This document shows positions 12,314-23,647 of a stretch of DNA of 64,000 nt, piece by piece. Made by a program: the position numbers and the translations under genes. A model generated the notes under the pieces. That model searched no databases. It worked only from the letters and a program-made list of their open reading frames with translations, and was not told where the DNA came from. The first letter of the stretch is position 1; every line of letters begins with the position of its first letter. Source of the stretch: Takakia lepidozioides (lineage: Eukaryota > Plantae > Bryophyta); the NCBI GenBank assembly GCA_030704615.1, contig CM060733.1, positions 56,730,001 to 56,794,000 on the forward strand, read 5' to 3'.

Positions 12314-12434
12314 CGGTATGCGGGGCGAAGAGCTTCTCGTACGTTACAAAAACGGACGACAACAGGAAGTTTACATCGGATATTTGGTGCCTAAATTGTA
12401 ATGTACAACCACTTGGGCTACAATAAATCAGGCC

Positions 12435-12840
12435 TTCCCATGAATTTCGGTACCGAAATCTGGATGAACATCTCTGTCATGTAACAGCTTTGGAAGCCAG
12501 TGGATGAATTCCGGCGACAGAAATCGTAATTTGTTCACCTCATAAAACTGACCAAGCACCCAACGGATGGATTTCGGTGCCAAAATTCGGATGAACATCT
12601 TCTTCATCAAATTGTTTCTACACATAAGGGTTGAATTTGGATGCCAAAATACGGATGAATGTGTTCCTGATTACAGTCGTGATTCACCACGTGTCCGGAT
12701 ATCGGTGCCGACATCCGAATGACAGTAATCCTGAATCGGCCGAATGGATGTATTTCGGTGCCGAAATTCATTCTTCATCTCATTTTCCAACCCTAATTCT
12801 GCTGCCCTGCGGATGGATTTCGGTGCCGAAATTCATCTGA

Positions 12841-12872
<32 letters not shown>

Positions 12873-14112
12873 CTTTGCGACAGATGAACTTCGGCGCCGA
12901 ATCTCATCCAAGTACTCCCTTCTAATTTTCCTTTTTCTTCGCGAACAATGAATTTCGGCGCCGAAATTCATCCGAAGTCCTCCCCAAAAAAAAAAAAAAT
13001 CTTCGCGAGCAATGAATTTCGGCGCCAAAATTCATCCGAAGTCCTCCCGAAAAAAAAAAATTCTTCGCGAGCAATGAATTTCGGCGCCGAAATTCATCCG
13101 AAGTCCTCCCGGAAAAAAAAAATTCTTCGGGAGCAGTGAATTCCGGCGCCGAAATTCAACCGACTTCATCCCTCCAAATTCTTTTCAGGGTTTGAGCGCT
13201 GGATTTCGGCGCCGAAATTCATTCAATGCCCTCCCTCCAATATTTATTTTTCTTTGAAATGGATGAATTTCGGCGCCGAAATTCATCCTTACCGTCCGCA
13301 ATGAGTAACTCTAATATTACATTTTGTATGCGATGGATGAATTCGGCGCCGAAATTCGTCCAAACCCGACACTTACTTTTTGCTTCTGGATGATATAATT
13401 TTCCGTAAATCGTTGGAAATACCCCGTTCCGACGAAGATAACCGGAATATTCTGCATTTAATGGAGAAATCGGCATATTGAACCCTTCTGTCAAAATTAA
13501 TTGCATTCTAGCCGTTTTTTTTCATTTGAAACCGAGATTATCCATTAAGTGGTCTTTTTCGCACGGGACGTTGCCGCACATAAAGTATAATTTCGGCGCC
13601 AAAATTATAGTTAAATGTCCAGAAATGGCAAGTCCAACAGGCATGGACAGCATCCGTCAGGGGCAACGATGGCGGCAAAGCGTAGCATGGTGCCGATTTA
13701 GTCTTCGCTCTGGATGAATTTTGGCGCCGAAATATGGATGATTTCATCTCGTCTACGCGCAGACGGAGATATTCGTAATGAATTTCGGTGCCGAAATATG
13801 GATGAAATGTGCCCAAGTGCAGCCGTTTCCACTGTCCCGGAATTAATTCCGGCTCCGATATCCCACTGACAGGTTTGCTCATGACGGATGAGGACTTGGG
13901 AAGCGATGAATTGCGGCGCCGAAATTCGTAAGTTTGTGTATGAAAGCACTTGAATAGGATGAATTTCGGCGCCGAATGTTGACTGTTGAATGTCATAGGC
14001 AGGGGATTTTCATGGCGGTTGGGTTTCATGATGTGCGGATATTTCATTCAATGCAGGCTGCTCCGGGAACAGCATCCGGTGAACGGAAGGTATTTCGGTG
14101 CCGCAATTCGGA
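12435..14112. repeat. Array of family-A palindromes, consensus GGATGAATTTCGGCGCCGAAATTCATCC
   Basis: More than 20 copies at irregular ~50-70 bp spacing; perfect 28-bp palindrome at 13261-13288. Confidence 0.95.
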
Positions 14113-14188
14113 TAAACCGTCTTGTACTGGTGGCTGGAACTAGCACGCGTCGTGTTCCAGTCGACTTCATCCCTGCGAACGTGTCTGT

Positions 14189-16033
14189 TTGTTTGACATG
14201 GGAGCTGGGGAGGGATCGCAGGGGGGCGAGGCAACACAGTCAACTTTGGATACTCCTGCGCGGGTGCTGCGCTCGCAAGGTGGAAGTGCATCGAGGCAGG
14301 CGAGTCCTCATTCAAAACCTCAGATATCGCCTCAGAAAAGCCCACCTAGAGTTCGGAAGCCGAGGAAGCAGAAGGAGCCCATGGCTTCGCCAGTAAAACC
14401 CCTAGGGAGACTAGAAGCGGAGATATTGGGTTTGCAGTCAATTTCAGAAAACACGGATGCGGTGGAGGACGCTGGAGATGTGGGAGTTGGATTTGCAGAA
14501 GGGCGGCCCATTCAGCTGACAGAAGGAGAGGACGACAACGTGGTACGACTTGGCGACGATCAGAACCTGCTGGAGCTTGCGGAGGAGCAAAACCTCCAGG
14601 ACAGTAGACAGGCTGGTGAGAGGGGTGAGGGAAGTGACAGAGGTGATAGAAGTAAGAAACTGGTGGCGGGTATGCTCATGAGCGCACGAGACATGAACAT
14701 AGCAGCAAACAGGTTGCTAGCAGAGACTCATAGCAACATAGGCCGCGTTTTGGGCTCCATGGTGTATCCGGAGAACCTCAAAGTTCCTTTGTGTCGCATG
14801 GTAAGCCTTCCAATTGTAAGGCAAGCACTGCCAGGGGATATTGATCGACTGAAGCACAACTTCAGAGAAGGGTACAGACGGGGGTCGACAGCATTCTACG
14901 TTTCCATTGAGAATGACCAGGGTGTCACAAGGGCCCCACTGCAGAGGAGCTTCAGAATTGGGGCCCCCACTGGCACACTGTTATTGCCAAGTTTGAAGCC
15001 TATCTGAAGACTAATCCCACATTCGCACACATGGAAGGAAGATGTTCTTCGTTTGGGACGGGAACCACAAGATGCTTGCCTGGACAGAGTACATTGCTGA
15101 AATGCATCCGCAAGATATCAGTTGGCATTACATGGTGGACTGCATTGTCGTGAAGGTGGACGTCAGGGACAGAGGACTGCTGAAGGGTGCCATGGCGGAT
15201 ATAAATCTGTAAGTATGCAATTACATCCTTGTGTACTGCCTATTGCGGCGCCGAAATAGGCAATGTTCACCACTGTCATGCACTCTATGAACTGGAAATT
15301 GGATTGCTGTGCCGAAATCATATTTTCATGTTGTTTTTTTTCTCCATGGCAGGGTAACAGAGAGGGCCTTCGTGGAAACTCATCTGGCACATACGCTCTA
15401 CAGAGTGCAAGAAGTGGGGACAGCTCCGCTGACGGACTTCCAAAAGTCCCTCGATCCCGAGCTGTACAGGAAGTCCCTAGCGAAAGCAGATCGCACCTGG
15501 TACCGACCAACATTGGACGCCATGGTGGAGATCCTCTATTCGGTGAGGTTCATTTCAAATTTCAGTATCAATTTAATGCTATTTGTTGCAGGGATCTGTG
15601 GCCTGACTGTATCTGCTGGGTATGGGAATGCAGACGAGTTTTTCGCGAGTCCCCAGAAGCCCTTTTTTCTACCAGCCTATGCAGACACGGCTGCCAGAGA
15701 AGCCATCAGGAGGGAGGATAGGCCTACTCGGTTAGAGCAATTGACATACGGGAATGAGCAGAGAATTATAATGAGGCGTGAGGCCAAACATAGAATGTGA
15801 AAGGCAGAGTAGGGAAGTTCGTAATAGAATCCGCGTCCGAGAGCGAGGGGAATGTTGAGGACACTTCCGCACCCAGGTGGACAGTTCCGGCTGGTGAGGA
15901 TGGTATTTTTGAGGGGAGGGCTTCTCAGAGTAACAGCGGTAGCGGCAGTGCAGATTCGGAGGCAGGTGGAAGGCAGCCATCCTTGCATGAGGCCGGGGAT
16001 GCATCGGACAATGATAGCGGATCCTCACCATAG
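14189..16033 (+). pseudogene. ParB/Srx-like domain gene without methyltransferase (A1), spliced, frameshifted
   Basis: Homologous to 29431-31302; MVSLPIVRQALPGDIDRLK...; GACGGGAACCAC (DGNH) near 15057; GT-AG introns near 15209-15352 and 15543-15591; frameshifts near 14935 and 15040. Confidence 0.75.
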
Positions 16034-16696
16034 CAAAGTCTCATTTGGATCCTTTTGTTGTACAGTTCTGAAACACTTAATGAAAATATTGACGATTTGA
16101 AAAATCATTGTGTTCAGACTGCTTGTCCGATTCCCTACATTTCTTCCGCCAACCAAAATGTATAATAAAAGCAGAAGAGACGCAAACTTCAGTGAAGAAC
16201 CCTACAAGTAATTTATGCACACCATCGAGCCGGGAACTTGAAGCCATGAAAACCCTGCCGTTTCTAACATTCCTGTTGGGAAATTTGGCGCCGAAATAAC
16301 CCAGTGCGCGCCTTCGTTATATGGGCCTCAAAAATTCCACGGATGAATTACTGCACCAAAATATCACGATGGAAGCCTTCAGCACAAGGCACTTCAGCAC
16401 ATTCCACTTGGGTATTTCGGCGCCGAAATAGCCCGTTCTGCGCCATTAAATACCGCACTATATCACATTTTAAGAGGTAATTTTGGTGCCGAAATACCCC
16501 GGTGGATGTCTTCAAAACACCATTTTAGCACACTGCTCTTGGGAATAACGGCGCCGAAATACCTCATTCCGCATCCTGGACCAGGAGAAACAGACCCTAT
16601 TACCGAGGTAAGAGGACATAACACCGTCAATAAAGGCAGGAAAATTCCAATTCCGCGGATGCCCGCTCATGAGCTCATAGGCTCATAGGCTCATGG

Positions 16697-16725
16697 GCTC
16701 ATGCGCTCATGAAATAGTAAACCTC
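16697..16725 (-). repeat. Terminal inverted repeat of A1 with CATGAGC subterminal repeats
   Basis: Reverse complement of GAGGTTTACTATTTCATGAGCGCATGAGC at 28739. Confidence 0.85.
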
Positions 16726-17410
16726 CAGAGCAGGTCGTGGCCGAAATTGAGAAGGGTGACCTTCTCTATGAAAACTCTGGCTTGGTAAGGGAATCAGTAA
16801 TTCTAGAGGTGCAGCGGTTGTCCAGGGAAAACCCTGTTGTGCATGTAATACCCACACCTGTGATGGAGGTACCAAGGGTAGAATATCAAGACACTGCAAC
16901 ACCTATGGAGGATGAGGTGGTGCAGGAAGAGAATCTGGTGGGGCAATGGCCTGAATGGTTAGTGAGGCATCATACTGTGGAGGATCAGGGAGAATAGCGG
17001 CAACTTCACCATGATGACCCTCAGCACGCCACGCTTATGAGTTCCATAAGCAGGACACTTAATTTGTTGGGCACTTATGTGAAATCCCATGTTCCATCTA
17101 CCCAATTGGCAGCTTTGAGGGAGGAACTCGGGACGGAGTTTGAGGCTCAAGTTGCCACTGAGTGTGCTAACAAGGTAGATGAGGAGGTCAATCTCAAGTT
17201 ACAGCAAGAGTTGGAGGACACAAAGGCTGCTTTGCAGTTGGCCAAGGGACATTTGATTGAAGCAGGCCTCGAGCAAGACCAGTTGCATGAAGCACATAAG
17301 CAACAGTTATACCAAATGCAGGTGAAGCATGAGGGCAAGTTGCAAGAAGTGAATGTACTACATACAGAGTTGCAGGCAGTACATGAGAAGATGACCATAC
17401 AATGTGCTAC
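16726..17410 (+). pseudogene. Fragment of the 3' additional ORF of Gypsy family 1 (insertion target of A1)
   Basis: EQVVAEIEKGD...ECANKVDEEV, homologous to 7420-8110; heptad-like Q/L/E-rich sequence. Confidence 0.65.
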
Positions 17411-17730
17411 TGTAGTGTGAAAAGAAGGGGCATGAATCCCCTTCTGTGTGATTCTAATAGTACTCCTCTCCAGTTGAAGCAAATCAAAAGGAAGGAACGT
17501 TCTAGTGATCCAACCATCGTCACACGGCTGTGGGTTTCCCTCAGGTCGTTCGTGATCAGAGTTCATGCAATCCTCATCCACGCCGCAGCGGAAGAGAAGA
17601 CATGGATGGGGAGTTTGGGTTCTTATTGCTCTTGGTTCTACTTTTATACAACAGCCTTGCCCTACATTTGCAGCACCAGCAGTGCTGCCGTGATGTCTTC
17701 AGTGATGCTACCAGCCCTATGTCAGTGCTA
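17411..17730 (+). repeat. Truncated copy of the family-3 LTR
   Basis: Starts TGTAGTGTGAAAAGAAGGGGC; homologous to 51587-51900. Confidence 0.75.
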
Positions 17731-20687
17731 ATTGAATCTGTATCTTAACTCCTCTTATCAATCCCAATGGCTGTACACTTCTTTGATCTGCCATTGTTAC
17801 TGTAAATGGGGCTGGTTTCATGTTACTTAGACCAAGCTTCTGCCTTAATTGGTCTATCATGATATTCACTCCAGAGCCTCCATCAATCAGTACATCAGTT
17901 AGTTCTGTGCTTCCAATTCTCAATTGGATTACTGGCATAGAATCATCAAAGTCTACGACTGTTCCTTGCCCTTCCGGCTTCACATTATAACTGGTCACCT
18001 TGCTGTTCAGGTCTGTGTTCCCTGTCACATGGGCAATTCGATTGATTGCTTGATACAGCCTGTGTCTACAATAAGGTGCCACAGCCAATAGCTGTCCAAT
18101 GGTAATCTCCACTTTGGACTGGCATATTACTTCAGCCAAAGTCCCTTCATTACTCTGCATGTCTGCAACTTCTTTCTTCCCTTCATCCTCACTCACTTCC
18201 TCTTCTCTTTCAGAATCAGAAGAATCTGCCATAGGAATATCAGTACTCTTCTGCATTTCCCTTATGGTATCTGCCACTTCCTTGTGCAGTTCATTCTCAT
18301 CTCTCCAAGCCTCATCATCTTCAGGCACATCACTGCCATCTTCATTATCATCATCTTCCTCAACTACTGGAGGTATTAGTTTGGCTTTGCTTCTCGTTAC
18401 TATCATTGTACTTACTTCTGGTACAACACATGGCCTAACCATGTGAGCTGCCACCACTGGCCCCTCATTCACAGGAGCTCTCATCTCATTCTGGTGTCTG
18501 ATCCAGAATGGACAGGCTGCCTTGCGATGTCCTGCCTGATTACAATAGTAACACAGTTCTTCCCCATTAGGTCCTCGCCCTTGGTCTGTTCTGGGATTGT
18601 TTCTGTAATCCTGATTCCCTGGCTGGTAATTCCCCCTTGGATTACCCTGATAGTTGCCTCTGGAATTTCCTTGGTAATTCCCTCTTGAATTCCCTCTCCC
18701 TTCCATGCCATTGTTATAACCACCAGGCCTACCATAGTGGTCCTGATCACTGTTTCTTCTTGGCTGGGGCTGCACTTGATGCACCCTTACTTGCCTAGGT
18801 TCTCTAGCTGTTGTCCTTCTGTTGTAGTAACAATTCTCAGTAGAATGGTTATCCATTTTACAGATAGTACAATGTTTCTCTTTCATGTGGCATTCAGTGG
18901 TGGTATGGCCTTCATTCTGGCACTTTGCACACCAAACACCCTTCCTCCAATGTGTTGCAGCCTCTTTGGCATACTTCTTCAAGATTTCTTCTAATCTTTT
19001 CTCATAGTTATCCCTCTTCAACTTTTCCTTCCTCTTACTCTTCCTTTTCAACTCTTGCTCTTCTTCCTCATCGGCCACAGATGGCGTTACAACCAACACG
19101 GGCAAAACCACCTTTTCCAATATATTCAGGAAAAGGGGATCCTGATGTACACATTAGCCAATTTGAGCACATGTGTATTGTGAACAATGAGAATGGCGAT
19201 GATGCCAAGATGAGACTGTTTCCTTGTTCACTTATAAAGAAAGCAAGTGAATGGTATGCAAGATTCCCTGATAATCATTTCCTAACCTCGAATGGCTTGA
19301 ATACAACATTCCAAAATAGGTTCAGGACAAGTAAAATTGAGGATGAAGTGTATGGAAGTTTACAACAGTTAAAGCAAAAGAAGCATGAAACTGTTGAGGA
19401 GTATATGGAAAAGATGGAATTGATGATGAAAAAGCTGGCTACTGTACCAGCACTAGGTTTACAGAAGACTTGGTTTGTGAGTGGACTAAGACCAGAGTTG
19501 CAAAAGAAAGTGGATATGTTACCCCATAATATAGTGGAGGAGGCATTTGAAACAACGAACAGAATTGAGCAATTGGGAATGCTCAGGAGAGAGAAAAGGG
19601 ATGATGAGGACTCTCTCCTGCCCACTTACAGGTGCTGGCCCCTTTGCTGGTGCTGGTCCTTGAGGACGTGTTGTAGTTATGGTGGAACTTCCACCAAGTG
19701 GTGGCCCCTGAGCACTCCCTGCTACTGGCCCCACTATATTCACAGTATTCCCAGCTCCAGTTGCACTACTTCCCACACTCCCTGTCCTCCCAGAGCCAAA
19801 TCCAGGCTGCCCGCCTGATCCCCCTGAGCCGACACCTTCGTTGGCCTGTGATCCAAGTGCTCCACTTGATCTAGGTCCAACGGGTTGGGATGTCCTGGTT
19901 GTAGTCTCAACCTCAGCTGTTGGGTCTACTTCTTCATACTCTTCCTCTTCCAATTTCTTCTCTCTGTTTTCATCCTCCAAGTTCTGCCCTTGGGTTTCTT
20001 CTTCACTCATGTAACTCAACTGCAATGGTGTTGGAGAGTCTGAACTCTCCGTTGGCTCTGCCCCATCCTCTCCTCCTTCTTCACCTTCCGTTTCAGAAAC
20101 TGGAGTTCCTGCTTTTGGTGTTCCATGCCAACTCTTATCAAAGATTTCTGTCAAATCTTTTATCCAGGGATGTACCTCAGATCTTTCACCTCGTGGTTGA
20201 TCTTCTTCCTGTACCAATTCCCTTAATCTCTTGCCGGGTATGGGTGATATACTCTCTGATCTTAATGGTGTGAGAGGTCCAGATGATTCCCCTATATCTA
20301 TTCCTCTCTCCCAAAGATATGGATAATTAGCTTTCAGATAACTTTATCTTTTTGCTGAATATCTCTGGAGTCTAGCTTCTCTTTCATCACTCATGTTCCA
20401 TGTCTTTTATTTCCTTAATGTGGCAATAACCAAAACTCTCTTCTGTAGTATCTCTCGTATATGCCTGGGTTTCTTTCAAGCTTCAATGCACCCTTGGCTA
20501 TACTAGAAGTCTCCGTTACCATATAACCATATGGCAAACAAGTCTGGAAAGCTGTTCTTGGTGTGAGTTTGATCCTCAGAACATCCTTTGGAATCCAATT
20601 CTTTATAAGTACAAGCTCCTCATGCATATGAGTATAAACATTCACCTTCCTTTCCTCCCAGCCTTCAAACTCTACTCGCTTAATGGA
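17731..20687 (-). mobile_element. Gypsy family 1 fragment: ORF0 (3' part), gag with three CCHC knuckles and aspartic protease; internal inversion at 19073-19615
   Basis: CAKCQNEGHTTTEC, CTICKMDNHSTENC and CYYCNQAGHRKAAC; protease motif VLIDGGSGVNIM (Tat-type); gag capsid segment reads on the + strand. Confidence 0.85.
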
Positions 20688-21206
20688 TGTGTCACATGTG
20701 TGATCATGATGGCCACATACCCCTCAGGCACCATAGGGTATCCGGCACTCGCTGAAGAACCTTGTAGACCAACAATGTGGCCAGATGTTGTTGTTGCCCT
20801 CGAAACCGTGTCAATAAGCCGGACTTGGTCACCCACCTTCAACTGCCATCCACGGACTCCTCAGACCAAGATCGTCACCCCGCTCAAAGGCGTACTGGCC
20901 TGGGAGATACTCAAAAGTGGACAATGTTTCCACATTCGAACCAGTATCTTTTGTGTAATCTGTGTACCAGATAACAATGTCTCCCGATGTGGCCGAATAC
21001 ATTGCATAATCGATGCCTCCATAAGGGCAGTCGTCCCGGTTCCGGAAGCACGACATCCTTGCAAAGGAGGACCTGAGGACGTCTTTGATGCCGATGACAA
21101 TGACCTTACGGACAACAACGAAGCCCTTAGATTTTCGAAATGATGAGAAGCGGAAGAGCAGTGCGGGCTCCAATAATGGAGCATCTGGGTCACAAGTACC
21201 CACCAA
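20688..21206 (-). pseudogene. ORF X homologue (disrupted), near a C-type half palindrome at about 21306
   Basis: MSCFRNRDDCPYGGIDYAMYSATSGDIVIW aligns with MPCRRNPADCPYHGHDYAMFKPESGDIIVW. Confidence 0.7.
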
Positions 21207-21487
21207 TCATCGTGTAACGTTTCATCACGCCAGCGGTGGATGAACTGATACGTCTTTCTCATCCAGGGGGTATAGGTTGAAATCTGCCACCGAAGTCCAT
21301 CCCCCGGATGGAAATTCGGCGCCGCATTTACATTGAAGGTGGGATGGACTTCGTCGTCTCGAGTTGTTATAGGCCCACCTGGCACTTACTGCCCATAGTT
21401 TGCATGGCAGGGAAGGAAACTGAAACGGCTACATTCATGGATGAGCCAATCTTCATCCGTGCAGGTTCCTGTCGGGGGGGAATTTAA

Positions 21488-22189
21488 ATGTGCCCTGGAG
21501 TGTTTGTGAGGAATTGCAGCGTTTGCTTGAATTTCTTCCAGCACCGCGCTGCTGCCTCCTCCATCCGGGAGCTGCTGTCATTGAGCATACTTCGCTACTC
21601 TTTTTCAGGGATGCCGTGCCGCCGAAATCCTGCTGACTGCCCTTATCATGGCCACGATTATGCTATGTTCAAACCAGAATCAGGAGACATCATTGTCTGG
21701 CTCTCTGTTTTCACAGACGCTTCTAGAATCAAGCGGGAGTCTTTGCACGCAATGGAGTATCTGGAGGGCTATTACCGCTTTGAGCGAGGTGAGGGCGAGG
21801 GTCAATGCGGTCCTTGGGTCCTGAAAATTGTTGACCTCGATATACCAAGGTGGAATGGGATGCCGGACAGATCACGCACGGCCTCACTTTGGCGCTGGAA
21901 CTATTGCCAGTCGACCAGGGAGGACGGCACCGGGGAAAACTATATTCGTGGAGTTCACTCCGCTTTTCCAGTGTATGGAGACATTCGGCTGAGTTGCGAA
22001 GACAAATTGCACGGGCACAGGAGGCCCACAGTGACCTTGTCAATGTATGATGGTGGTATGAATGATGGGCATGACATTGTCGTCAGCTCCACCAAGGGCA
22101 CCAGATCGACCGCATTGCAGTTTACCTCGAGGTGCCGCATCAGTAATGAGCTTGTTTTGAGGGCTATCGAAGTTCTGTCGACTTGGTGA
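21488..22189 (+). CDS. ORF X, conserved accessory protein of unknown function (element B); likely start at ATG 21611
   Basis: Open frame; diverged homologues at 20829-21206 (-), 41229-41546 plus 34559-34746 (-) and 11033-11229 (+). Confidence 0.7.
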   Translation: MCPGVFVRNCSVCLNFFQHRAAASSIRELLSLSILRYSFSGMPCRRNPADCPYHGHDYAMFKPESGDIIVWLSVFTDASRIKRESLHAMEYLEGYYRFERGEGEGQCGPWVLKIVDLDIPRWNGMPDRSRTASLWRWNYCQSTREDGTGENYIRGVHSAFPVYGDIRLSCEDKLHGHRRPTVTLSMYDGGMNDGHDIVVSSTKGTRSTALQFTSRCRISNELVLRAIEVLSTW

Positions 22190-22597
22190 TACCCATGTAG
22201 AAGGAGGAATGGCTTAGATTTGTCTGGAGTTGCTAAATGTGAGACACCGTGTTCGATCAATAAAACAACCCATCGTACCTCACTTCTGTGTGCTTGTGTT
22301 TCATCGTGTTCAAGAACTGCCGTAATTGGCCCACTGTTTACAATTTGAGGTCTCATTTGTACAATGTGTCTGTCCATATGACTATACCAGAGTCAGCGAT
22401 ATCAGAGTCCTGAGGTGAAGAAAATCCATCTATGAGTTGTAGGAAACATGTACACGCCGAAGCTCGGAAATTCGGCATCGCAATTCATTTTTCTCCATGC
22501 AGCGATTTCTGGCAGCTCCCTTTCCTCCGTTGTCGTCGTAACGGAAATGCTGTACATCATTTCATTTCCTGACATGGCATTACCATACTTCGAATTT

Positions 22598-23512
22598 GAA
22601 ATGCGGCACCGCATTTCCATATTGGACCTTGAATTGTCCAAGCATGTCCAGTCGCTAATGCTTGTCCATGTCCATACTTGAAATGCGGCACCACATTTCC
22701 ATGTCCGTCATCAAAATTTCGTACCGGACAATGAAATGCGGCACAGCATTTCCGGAGAGCACAATGGAATGCGGTGCTGCATTTCCGTCGAAGGGTCTGG
22801 AATTGGACAAACAACGATGGAAGTTCTGGAAATGCGGCACCGCATTTCCATGTCTGTCATCAAAATATCGAATCGGACAATGGAATGCGGTGCCGCATTT
22901 CCGTCCATCAAGACGGAATGCCCACACGGGTCTGGAATTGGACAAACAACGATGTTTGTTTTTCGAAATGCGGCGCCCCATTTTCATGTTGGGCAATCGA
23001 AAGTTTTTATAGGACAATGTAAGTTTTTATAGGACGATGGAATGCGGTGCCGCATTTCCGTCAAAGGGTCTGGAATTGGGCAAACAACGATGTCCGTTTT
23101 GGAAATGCGGCGCCGCATTTCCATGTACGTCATCGAAATTTCTTATTGGACAATGGAATGCGGTGCCGCATTCCCGTCTAGCATCATGGAATGGGAGCCC
23201 AAGAACGTCGATGGGTCTGCAGTTGGAAAAATGTCCATCTCCAAAAGGTAAATGCGGCACCGCATTTCCATGTTCGACCTCCGCCTTTCGATTTACATCC
23301 ATGGAAGGAGCTGGCAATTGGCAAAACTGCCGTGTCAGAAACGGAAATGCGGCACCGCATTTCCGTTTGTCCAAACAGTTTCTGATGTCCAAACCATGAA
23401 ACGGAAAATTGTTCTTGCCCCGGTTTTGGAAACGCGGTGCCGCATTTCCAAACGAGGTTTTTGCAGTTGCCACATTTCCGTTCAGACATTGAAATGCGGT
23501 GCCGCATTTCAG
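22598..23512. repeat. Array of family-B palindromes (GGAAATGCGGCGCCGCATTTCC), downstream of the ParB-MTase gene
   Basis: About 14 copies at ~60 bp spacing, e.g. 23101-23122. Confidence 0.95.
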
Positions 23513-23647
23513 ATTTTGGGAGGGACCAGGTTTGGACGATGTTGTCGTTGAGAGGCAAATGGGAGAGGGGACATGAAGGACGGGGAGAATTTCCTTTATA
23601 TACTTTGGAATAGAATTTAAATGTACAGAGAGTTCATTAAAATTCTA

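Larger units (their letters stand above)
11033..16725 (-). mobile_element. MULE family A, copy A1 (partial; inverted relative to A2)
   Basis: Near-identical reverse complement of 28739-34746 plus a few bases from 41135 onward; ends in the TIR ...CATGAAATAGTAAACCTC; the far end is cut off by the Gypsy insertion. Confidence 0.88.

Noticed and set aside
21200-21490. Left TIR of element B or right TIR of a C-type element
   Set aside because: No convincing TIR match or TSD could be found by eye.
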